Source of the DNA: an uncultured Clostridia bacterium
GTDB lineage: Bacteria > Bacillota > Clostridia > Christensenellales > CAG-138
Length of the DNA stretch: 64,000 nt
Direction: 5' to 3'
Assembly (NCBI GenBank): GCA_946631895.1
Contig: CAMPAN010000002.1
Coordinates: 14,946-78,945, forward strand
In this document: one piece after another, positions 16,151 to 23,495 of the stretch
Layout: the number at the start of each line of letters is the position of its first letter
Position numbering within the stretch: the stretch's first letter is position 1
Notes under the pieces: generated by a model
Seen by the model: only the letters and a program-made list of their open reading frames with translations
Database searches by the model: none
Told to the model about the DNA's origin: nothing
Program-made: the position numbers and the translations under genes

Positions 16151-18967
16151 ATGAATTGTCCGAAATGCGGAGCCAAGCTGATTGACTATATCTGTGGTAA
16201 GTGCGGCTTTGATCTTAAGCGTGATACGATCAGCTGCTGGGGAGCAGGCAGCAAAATAAGCATAGATGCGTTGACAAGGTATATTCAAAAAAAGGATGCC
16301 GAAGCAAGCAAAGCCTCAAAAGACTCGCTTGATTACCCTCTGCTCATAAATCAAATGATAGTGGATCCTAAACCCGTGCGGCAATCTTTGGATAATTCGA
16401 TTGATACAAGCAAAAAGACAAAGCAGGACGAAGATGATTTATATGTCAGAATAGGAGAAAGAATCTCTAAAGAACTATCAAAAGAGGAATTAGAAGAATT
16501 CGACTCAATTAAAAATACAACAGAAGCAGGGAAATGGTTAGCAATACATGCGCCAAATTATATATCCATCGTAGAAGAAGAAAGAGCCAAGTTTCTTCAA
16601 GAAAAGGATGTCAGGCAAACTGCTGCACAACGACATGCTGCTGAAATGGCAGATCGATACGCAGCCAATGCTGTAATGGAACAAATCCATAGTATAGGCA
16701 GAGTAGATTCGTCTAAGGAGTGCGGTCAGCGCATTCAAGACGCACGTGATGCCTTTAAAAGGCTTACACCTTACCGACAGGAGATGGTGACAAATAGAAA
16801 TCTGTTGGTAGATGCAGAAGCAAGATACGCTTTCTTGTTACAAACCGAACAGAAGAAGAAAGAACGTCGTGCAAAAATAGAATACGTTCAAAAAGACAAA
16901 AATCGCAATACAAATAACGCCAAGCGCACAAGAAGGATCATTTACTTTGCATTTGCTGCATTGTTGCTATGTGTCGGCGTGTTTATATTATGCAAATCGG
17001 TGTTTTTTTCAGATATGGAAAAGCCACTGTCTTCGTCTTTCTTCGCATCCGCGAAACAAGGTGACGTGTTCACGCTTGGAAAATATGAGCAAGACAACAA
17101 TCATGACAACGGAGCAGAAGATATTGAATGGGTTGTCGTGGACGTGGACGCTGATAAAGGAGTTGTTCTTGCTATGAGCAAGTATGTTCTCGATTGCAAA
17201 CCTTATGCGGAAAACGAGTATATCAATACGGATTGGGAACATTGTTCGTTACGCGAATGGTTAAATGGAGAGTTCTATGAGTCGTCATTTTCAGATGATG
17301 ATAAACAGTGGATTCGAACAGTTTGTCATCAAAATAGAGATGGCATGGGATATGAAACGCCGGGAGGTTATAATACGGTGGATCATGTGTTTCTCCTCGA
17401 TCGTGCAGATCTCCGAACATTATGTGATGATGTTTCATACCAGCTTGGAGGGTTAAATGAAAGCTACAGCGATGTGAGACGGAAAGAGATTGACTCCTCG
17501 TTGCCATTACTTGCTGACTATTTAGGAGAATTATCATACATAAAAAACATAATAGATGTTAGACAGGAAGAGCTCCTTTCATCATCAAATATCTTAACTG
17601 ACGTAACTGATGACTGTTTTGTTGTAGACTTCTTTTCAACGTCATCTGTTTCTGAAAGGCTCAAAGCTACTTTTACACCATACGCAAAAGAGGCATATAT
17701 CCGACAGCAAATGATTTCAAAGGGCTCTGCGGAGACAGAAGAGAAGATTCGAGAGGATTACGCCGAACTTGAAAAAGAATATGGAGAATTAGCTGCGGAC
17801 TGGTGGCTGAGCAGTCCTGGGAAATGGTTGGATCAGACCATGATCGTTTCTTGGCCCGGTATAGCGACTAGCATGCCTTCTCGTGACACCTCAAGGGGTG
17901 TGCGCCCAGTTATAGCCATAGCTTCTATTACATCGGACAGAAATGAAGAGAATGCTCAGAACGAAGAACAAAACGAAAATGTATCTGATTTGCTTTCATT
18001 CCCCGAAGTAAGCGAATCTTCTAAAGATGATTATTCTTTTTCACACGATAACTACGTTGTACAGTGGGTAGAAGATGATCAGAAAGCCCTTTTCATTCTG
18101 AAAGATGGAAGTGTCAGAGTTGTTAGTTATGATACTGACTATTTATCATCCGTATCTGATTGGAAAAACATTAAGAAAGTCGCCATCGGTTCTGGCGTGG
18201 TCGTTGGTATAACAAACGATGGAAAGATTCAGTGTTATGCAGAACATGAGCTTTCTTATGACCTTTCTACATTGATGAGTTTGACACATATATGCGATGT
18301 TTGTATATGTGATGCAATCAATCCCCAAAATCCTGATTATAGCGGACTGATTATTTGTTTTTCAGATGAAGGAACAGTATATAGAGCATATGCGGGAGGA
18401 TATAATGCCTATTGGAATGACAGCTGTAAAGCAATATGTGCATCTGGAAACCAATTCTTCATTCTCCACGATGACGGAACTGTCAGCGGGAGAGATTGGG
18501 AAAGCAATCCGCTTGTAGAAGAATGGAACGATATCGTCCAAATTGCATGCGGCGATACTTTCGTCGCGGGTCTAAAAAGCGACGGAACGGTTGTTGTTGA
18601 CGGTAGTTGTGTATTTCCTGCTCTTACTGGGGTTACGGTGTTGAAAGGGGATGGGACATTTGGCAGAATAGACGAATTATTTGAGGTTTCAAACTGGAAA
18701 GATATCATCTCCATCTCTGCCGGGTCGCATCATTTGGTCGGTCTTAAGAGTGATGGAACCGTTGTTGCTGTCGGATTGAACTACTATGGTCAATGTGACA
18801 CTTTTGAAGAACGTCTTTGGACAGATATCGTTAGGATTGAGGCCAGCGGAAATATGACGGTCGGTTTTGCTTCTGATGGTAGTGTCGTGATAGCAGGCAA
18901 GAACATTGTTGATAACGTTATTGATCTTAAGGGGAAATGGAATTTCTATAGGTACTATTCAAGGTAA
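16151..18967 (+). CDS. Zinc ribbon - TM - DUF6273-like - RCC1-repeat surface protein
   Basis: The N-terminus is CPKCGAKLIDYICGKCGFD. A TM helix follows (IIYFAFAALLLCVGVFILC). Next is GKYEQDN...IEWVVVD...WEHCSLREWLNGEFY, which as I recall is typical of the Firmicute DUF6273 family. The C-terminus has repeated (V/L)(A/V)GLKSDGTVV and YYGQCD motifs typical of RCC1-like beta-propeller blades. Confidence 0.7.
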   Translation: MNCPKCGAKLIDYICGKCGFDLKRDTISCWGAGSKISIDALTRYIQKKDAEASKASKDSLDYPLLINQMIVDPKPVRQSLDNSIDTSKKTKQDEDDLYVRIGERISKELSKEELEEFDSIKNTTEAGKWLAIHAPNYISIVEEERAKFLQEKDVRQTAAQRHAAEMADRYAANAVMEQIHSIGRVDSSKECGQRIQDARDAFKRLTPYRQEMVTNRNLLVDAEARYAFLLQTEQKKKERRAKIEYVQKDKNRNTNNAKRTRRIIYFAFAALLLCVGVFILCKSVFFSDMEKPLSSSFFASAKQGDVFTLGKYEQDNNHDNGAEDIEWVVVDVDADKGVVLAMSKYVLDCKPYAENEYINTDWEHCSLREWLNGEFYESSFSDDDKQWIRTVCHQNRDGMGYETPGGYNTVDHVFLLDRADLRTLCDDVSYQLGGLNESYSDVRRKEIDSSLPLLADYLGELSYIKNIIDVRQEELLSSSNILTDVTDDCFVVDFFSTSSVSERLKATFTPYAKEAYIRQQMISKGSAETEEKIREDYAELEKEYGELAADWWLSSPGKWLDQTMIVSWPGIATSMPSRDTSRGVRPVIAIASITSDRNEENAQNEEQNENVSDLLSFPEVSESSKDDYSFSHDNYVVQWVEDDQKALFILKDGSVRVVSYDTDYLSSVSDWKNIKKVAIGSGVVVGITNDGKIQCYAEHELSYDLSTLMSLTHICDVCICDAINPQNPDYSGLIICFSDEGTVYRAYAGGYNAYWNDSCKAICASGNQFFILHDDGTVSGRDWESNPLVEEWNDIVQIACGDTFVAGLKSDGTVVVDGSCVFPALTGVTVLKGDGTFGRIDELFEVSNWKDIISISAGSHHLVGLKSDGTVVAVGLNYYGQCDTFEERLWTDIVRIEASGNMTVGFASDGSVVIAGKNIVDNVIDLKGKWNFYRYYSR

Positions 18968-19071
18968 TACTATATACGGAGAGGAATAGTATAATAGTTA
19001 AAACATAAAACATACGATAATTATGATTTTCACGCGTTATAACCTATAAACAAACAAGGAGGAAAACAACT

Positions 19072-19203
19072 ATGACATGGACATGCAGTTACTGCGGACA
19101 ACCCAACTTGATGAATTATACACATTGCTCAAGATGTGGACGTCCTCGCGGGAGCAAACATCATTTCCGCAGGCTCAAGATCAAACGATTCTACAAATTA
19201 TAA
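19072..19203 (+). CDS. Small (43 aa) RanBP2-type zinc-finger protein, not in supplied ORF track
   Basis: GGAGGAAAACAACT precedes the ATG. MTWTCSYCGQPNLMNYTHCSRCGRPRG matches W-x-C-x2-C-x3-N-x6-C-x2-C exactly. The tail is basic. Confidence 0.4.
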   Translation: MTWTCSYCGQPNLMNYTHCSRCGRPRGSKHHFRRLKIKRFYKL

Positions 19204-19320
19204 ACTGCACACACAGCATAACTTACCTGCTCATATATAGCATTAATAGCATGTCTCGTTTTTGTGCTTTATAGCAGATATGAGCAGGACTATTGTTTCA
19301 ATGTAAAAGAGGTGATCGGT

Positions 19321-20031
19321 ATGAATGCCGGCAAATGGGTCGTTATTCTTATTGGGTTGGTGCCTGAAGTATACTCTATTGGAAATGCAATAGCTGAGGG
19401 AAAGAGTGGTCGAAGTGGGAATTACGGAAGTACATTTTTGATTTCATTAGCTGCAGGTGCTATTACTGCGTTATTTTTCAAAATTGCTTTCTACGAAACT
19501 GAGTACAGCAGCATATCATTTTGGCTTATTCTAATCGTTCTTTTTGCTGTACCAAACATCTTGTTTTTATTCGCAAGGTTTCACGCCGATGCTAAAGCAA
19601 AGAGTGAAACGATTCGATTGAACAGCGAGGACGAAAAAAGAATCGGAGCGCATATTCCCCTGATTAAAGCGAGTCGAAAGTATTCGGCATTCAAGAGCTT
19701 TTTCGATCAATATCTTTCCAAAATCATTGAAATCAGTGTTTTTTCTGGATTGGTTGAAATAAAGCATAGCGAAAAAGGTATAATCCTGATTCCGGATTAT
19801 AATCAAGGAAAGATGGTGCTAGATAAATCCAGATTATCGGTACATTACTTTTTCGGAAAGGAAGCCGATGAACGGGATTGGACAGTATTTGAGATGGAAG
19901 CACTTGCAAGAATCGTTGATGAGGATGTACAAGCAACAAAATACTTCAAGCTGATGAAGTCTAGTAATGGGTTTCGCCTTTACAGCCGGATCGTTCCAAA
20001 CGAACGTGTTATTGCAAAAACACCGTATTGA
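19321..20031 (+). CDS. Membrane protein, paralog of 20085..21140
   Basis: ATG with an AGAGGTG RBS. About 3 TM helices precede a ~130-aa soluble domain ending ...FRLYSRIVPNERVIAKTPY. Confidence 0.6.
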   Translation: MNAGKWVVILIGLVPEVYSIGNAIAEGKSGRSGNYGSTFLISLAAGAITALFFKIAFYETEYSSISFWLILIVLFAVPNILFLFARFHADAKAKSETIRLNSEDEKRIGAHIPLIKASRKYSAFKSFFDQYLSKIIEISVFSGLVEIKHSEKGIILIPDYNQGKMVLDKSRLSVHYFFGKEADERDWTVFEMEALARIVDEDVQATKYFKLMKSSNGFRLYSRIVPNERVIAKTPY

Positions 20032-20084
20032 TGGTATCATAACCTTATTCGCGTTCGTCAAGAAAACATCAAAGGAATGGTGTA

Positions 20085-21140
20085 ATGAGCTCCGATAACA
20101 AAACAAGATTACGACAGAGTTTTATTGTAATATGTGCAATAGTTATTGCATTGTTATTCCCATTTGCTTGCTTGAATTCCCTTGTTTCCGTAAAGGCGGT
20201 CGTTGGAATCGTTTGCATCATTTCTTTTATTGCGCTATGGAGTTTTCATGCTATATTATCAAGAGATAATTTCGACGACCTCTCGGATCTGTTCTTATCG
20301 CTAGCTGAATCGCTATTATCAGAAGCGATAATTGCTTTTCTTTACAATCAGATATTGGGAAGATCATCCGTTCTTCTGGTATCATTGAGTGTCATAGCCG
20401 CTCCTGCAGTCGCTGTTTTGTTTATATGGTACTGCTTTGTTCATTATGATCAGATATGGACAGGTATTCTGAATATCCTCCTTATCTTTCCTTTGATATC
20501 AGCATACTATGCGAAGGAGCTGCAAAACGCAAACTGGTATCATTACGCCGTTAATATCCTTAGATTAGTATCAATCATTCTTATTGTGAGCATCATATTA
20601 AAGCGGAGAATGGAAAGGCAAAGAGAAAAGCAGGAACAGCAGAGGCAATTCCAGATACAGCAAGAAACGCTCCAATTGAAAACACAGCAAAAACAGGAAG
20701 CGTTCCGGTTGGAAGCGCAGCAGAGAGAAGAAGATGAAAACAGAATCAAAGCGCATATTCCGGCAATTGAAGCAAGCAAAAAGTATGCTGCATTCAAAGA
20801 TAGCTTTATTCAGAATCTTCCTCAGATAGTTTATGTCCAAGTCCGAGGTGAAGGAAGTGTTATCCTGAGCCTCTCAAGAACCGGAAAACTCTTTGTTCCA
20901 AATTACCAAACAGGACAAATGGAGATAGATACTTCTCACGGTTTTGATATCCGTCCTTTTTTCGGAACTGCTAATGACGAACGAGCTTGGACAATCTTTG
21001 AATTGGAAGCACTAGCAAGAATTATTGACAAAGATGTACAGGCGACAAACCATTTCTCACTGATCGAATCCCGAACCGGTTATCGTTTCTACAGTCGGAT
21101 CGTTCCGAACGAACGCGTCATTGCAAAAACACCGTATTGA
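20085..21140 (+). CDS. Membrane protein, paralog of 19321..20031
   Basis: About 5-6 TM helices, then a Q/E/R-rich coiled linker (QREKQEQQRQFQIQQETLQLKTQQKQEAFRLEAQQREEDE). The C-terminal domain is the same as in the upstream gene (RI.AHIP.I.AS.KY.AFK...DER.WT.FE.EALARI.D.DVQAT...YSRIVPNERVIAKTPY). Confidence 0.65.
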   Translation: MSSDNKTRLRQSFIVICAIVIALLFPFACLNSLVSVKAVVGIVCIISFIALWSFHAILSRDNFDDLSDLFLSLAESLLSEAIIAFLYNQILGRSSVLLVSLSVIAAPAVAVLFIWYCFVHYDQIWTGILNILLIFPLISAYYAKELQNANWYHYAVNILRLVSIILIVSIILKRRMERQREKQEQQRQFQIQQETLQLKTQQKQEAFRLEAQQREEDENRIKAHIPAIEASKKYAAFKDSFIQNLPQIVYVQVRGEGSVILSLSRTGKLFVPNYQTGQMEIDTSHGFDIRPFFGTANDERAWTIFELEALARIIDKDVQATNHFSLIESRTGYRFYSRIVPNERVIAKTPY

Positions 21141-21176
21141 TGAAATACCGCGAAATAAAAAGCGCTGGATTTATGT

Positions 21177-21599
21177 ATGCAGTACGTTCGGAAGAACGGC
21201 GGGACGGACAAATACCGACTGTTGTTTGAAATCCTTGTGTCTAAAGCCGATAACGAAAGGCAAGACCGTGCGAAATATCTTCAGGCAATAGAAAGAGCAA
21301 AGGGGCTCGGTGAGATAATCGAGGAACAAACGAGACTTCCCGAGGATCGGATGAGGCTTGCAAAAGTCTATGAATCTATAGCAGAATGTTTGTTAGCAGA
21401 TGAGACCCGAACGTCAAGCAGCCTTAATTCTGCGAAGAACTTGTTGAACAGTTGCGTTTCGCTATACACGAAAATACTGCGACTTGATGATATCCCTCCT
21501 GCCGAAGTCGGTTTGAAGCGTGTACATGCGCTTCTGTTCCGGATGCAAAAAACTGATGGGCGTATCGATGGTCGAGGAAGAATGCCAAAAAGAATTTGA
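21177..21599 (+). CDS. Hypothetical helical protein
   Basis: ORF only, with a weak RBS and no recognisable motif. Confidence 0.35.
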   Translation: MQYVRKNGGTDKYRLLFEILVSKADNERQDRAKYLQAIERAKGLGEIIEEQTRLPEDRMRLAKVYESIAECLLADETRTSSSLNSAKNLLNSCVSLYTKILRLDDIPPAEVGLKRVHALLFRMQKTDGRIDGRGRMPKRI

Positions 21600-21702
21600 T
21601 GAGATGATGACTTCTATAAGACAACAGCGTGATCGGCTGTACGACCTGTAATCAGACGTCACGCTTAATGTGTAATCATCATTTATGGGAGGAATTACAC
21701 CT

Positions 21703-22878
21703 ATGCAAACCGAAGAAGAACTGCTGACACAGTATACGCATTCAGCGGAGGAGTTTCCGGTCCTTGCCGAGCAGACGCACAAGGTGCTTCGCAACGGTAA
21801 AATCGTTAACGAGAGGATCAACATCAACGAAAACATCATGCACTATCTGCAGGATACTGCACAGCTGATATCGGTGATCGACGGCCGATTGGGCTCCGGC
21901 GTTCCGTATGACCATGTCATTTACTTGGACAAATCGGCAAGACCGGTTTCGTGGCTCGTCAATCTGTTCTGGAACGACTTTGCCGAAAAAGACAAAGCCG
22001 GTGTTCCTGTCAAGCGACCCCGACACTCCTATATCAATATCGACAGGGCGCCGTGGTTCAGATACGTCGGCGTCAATGTGGACGACGACGGCAGGCAAAA
22101 GGACAACGGCGAGCTTGCCACCTACATCGATTTCAGGAACAATATTCAGAATCTGTCGAAGAGACATCTCGCCGAAATCAGGGCGCTGTATATCCCCGGA
22201 GGGATCGAGGAGGAAAGCGATGACTGGGTGATGCGTCAACCGACCGTCCTTGATGCAAAGCGTGTGCTGATCGTGGATGAAGTCTCCAGAACAGGCTCGA
22301 CGCTGGATATCGCCAAGCATCTGTTCCGGCTTGCTATCCCGGATGCAGCCGTGATTGACGGCTCCTATTTTTGGAATCCGGGCGAATCGTCGCTCAAAAT
22401 CGGCGAGGAGTTTGCGCTGACGAGCCTGCCTGTTTGGTACGATCCGACCACCCTGACCGGTCGGGGAATCGGCGCTCCCGACCCGTATTACTATAGAAAG
22501 CAATATGAAAAATACTTGACGCAGGATAACGGTTCCCATCCTATAGATTTTCGGAAGCTGCGGACCCATGCCTTCTCCGCCTCGGTTTTCAGCGCACCGC
22601 TCTTGGATGACAACGGCGAAGTCATCGACTTGGCGGTCGAGGGCAAAACAAGAAAGCTGTGCAAGGATCTAAGGCGGTTATATGATGCGTATCAAACCGG
22701 GCGTATCTTTTTCACACCTCCTATGAAATGGTTCGGTTTCGATGATTTCAATGCGATGATTACGAATCAGGGCGTTATGCTTTTACCATTGGGCGCTTCG
22801 GAAAAGGAACGAGAAAGGATTCTGAAATCGCCGTTGTTCTATTTGAATTTTGTCACAAAGTTGAAGAGTATAAACTGA
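21703..22878 (+). CDS. Phosphoribosyltransferase (PRTase)-domain protein
   Basis: The second in-frame ATG has a GGGAGG RBS 10 nt upstream. The PRPP-loop-like motif is RVLIVDEVSRTGSTLDIA. Confidence 0.6.
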   Translation: MQTEEELLTQYTHSAEEFPVLAEQTHKVLRNGKIVNERININENIMHYLQDTAQLISVIDGRLGSGVPYDHVIYLDKSARPVSWLVNLFWNDFAEKDKAGVPVKRPRHSYINIDRAPWFRYVGVNVDDDGRQKDNGELATYIDFRNNIQNLSKRHLAEIRALYIPGGIEEESDDWVMRQPTVLDAKRVLIVDEVSRTGSTLDIAKHLFRLAIPDAAVIDGSYFWNPGESSLKIGEEFALTSLPVWYDPTTLTGRGIGAPDPYYYRKQYEKYLTQDNGSHPIDFRKLRTHAFSASVFSAPLLDDNGEVIDLAVEGKTRKLCKDLRRLYDAYQTGRIFFTPPMKWFGFDDFNAMITNQGVMLLPLGASEKERERILKSPLFYLNFVTKLKSIN

Positions 22879-23094
22879 ATAACTTTTACAGGAAACGGAT
22901 GTGGTTTTTCAATATAATACAGGCGCAAAACCGGTTATTTGCACCAAACCTTATGATATAACCCGTGTTAACTGGACACAAAGTGGACACAGTTTGTATT
23001 TTTCATATGGATTTAATGGATTGTTATGTCCATATGTAGTATCAAAATGAATTGAATATAACAAGATATTGTGGTTTATAACCAAAAAGAGCAA

Positions 23095-23117
23095 TTCGAT
23101 TCCGGGTGGCGCCTCCA
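23095..23117 (+). other. tRNA 3'-end fragment (T-loop, T-stem, acceptor, U73, CCA); att-like island boundary
   Basis: TTCGATT-CCGGG-TGGCGCC-T-CCA parses as T-loop, 3' T-stem, 3' acceptor strand, discriminator U and CCA, resembling bacterial tRNA-Cys ends. The complementary 5' T-stem and 5' acceptor (GGCGCCA) are absent from the preceding 80 nt, so this is not a gene. Confidence 0.45.
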
Positions 23118-23193
23118 AAACAATAGCACCCCAAAGCGGGTGCTTTTGTTTTGATGCCGGTACCCCCACAATCGAAGCGGCGCTTCAGCGCCG
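23109..23193 (+). repeat. Copy 1 of a degenerate ~85-bp direct repeat
   Basis: The unit is GCGCCTCC..AGCACCCC-loop-GGGTGCT..TTTGATGC..TAC.CCC.CAATCGAA.CGGCGC. By eye it is ~75% identical to 23255..23337. Confidence 0.45.
23125..23153 (+). terminator. Rho-independent terminator directly after the tRNA-end fragment
   Basis: AGCACCC (23125-23131) / GGGTGCT (23138-23144) stem followed by TTTTGTTTTG. Confidence 0.55.
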
Positions 23194-23254
23194 GTTCGAT
23201 GAGGGTCGATTGGGGGGCTTCAGAGCCGAATCGTGACCGAGCCGAAAGGCGCAA

Positions 23255-23337
23255 GCGCCTCCTCAATAAGCACCCCTTACGGGTGCTGTTCTGTTTGATG
23301 CTGATACTCCCTCAATCGAATCGGCGCGCCGGCGCTT
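23255..23337 (+). repeat. Copy 2 of the ~85-bp direct repeat (second hairpin 23269-23287)
   Basis: GCGCCTCCTCAATAAGCACCCCTTACGGGTGCTGTTCTGTTTGATGCTGATACTCCCTCAATCGAATCGGCGC. Confidence 0.45.
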
Positions 23338-23422
23338 CCCGGCAGCAGCAGACAGGAGTACCTCGAGAGCATCGTCAACCAGGTGCTGTTCGGATAAATG
23401 ACGGGATAGAACGCATAGAAGC

Positions 23423-23460
23423 AAAAAGCCGATTCGGTCAACATAGACCGATCGGCTTTT
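23423..23460 (-). terminator. Terminator of the histidine-kinase operon
   Basis: AAAAGCCGAT(T)CGG ... CCGATCGGCTTTT hairpin with a T-run on the minus strand, ~35 nt past the kinase stop. Confidence 0.5.
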
Positions 23461-23495
23461 CTGTTTATGAGGGATTCAGATCGTCCCGGTTTTGC

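Larger units (their letters stand above)
1..23117. mobile_element. Right-hand part of an AT-richer genomic island (left end outside window)
   Basis: By eye, base composition and codon usage change abruptly near 22.9-23.1 kb, from AT-rich with all genes on the plus strand to strongly GC-rich. The switch point carries a tRNA 3'-end fragment and a terminator. No integrase is visible in the window. Confidence 0.45.

Noticed and set aside
19077-19274. Listed 65-aa ORF.
   Set aside because: It has no RBS or motif. The overlapping 43-aa frame starting at 19072 has both an RBS and an exact zinc-finger pattern.
13941-22569. Minus-strand ORFs inside the island (13941..14504, 187 aa; 21742..22569, 275 aa; 1723..2211, 162 aa).
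   Set aside because: They are antisense to plus-strand genes with recognisable motifs (radical-SAM, PRTase, coiled coil). They have no RBS or motif support, and every other island gene is on the plus strand.
1-22878. Island as a prophage, ICE or type VII secretion locus. The idea came from the FtsK/HerA-like ATPase, the CbbX/EccA-like AAA+, the protease and the helical proteins.
   Set aside because: The window has no capsid, tail, terminase, relaxase, coupling-protein or integrase genes. The ATPase has a single P-loop domain and no TM or FHA regions, unlike EssC/EccC. No WXG100-size genes or polytopic T7SS membrane components are present.
23040-23117. A complete tRNA gene ending at the CCA at 23117.
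   Set aside because: The 80 nt upstream lack the complementary 5' acceptor strand (GGCGCCA), the 5' T-stem (CCCGG), and any D or anticodon arms. Only the last 23 nt are tRNA-like.
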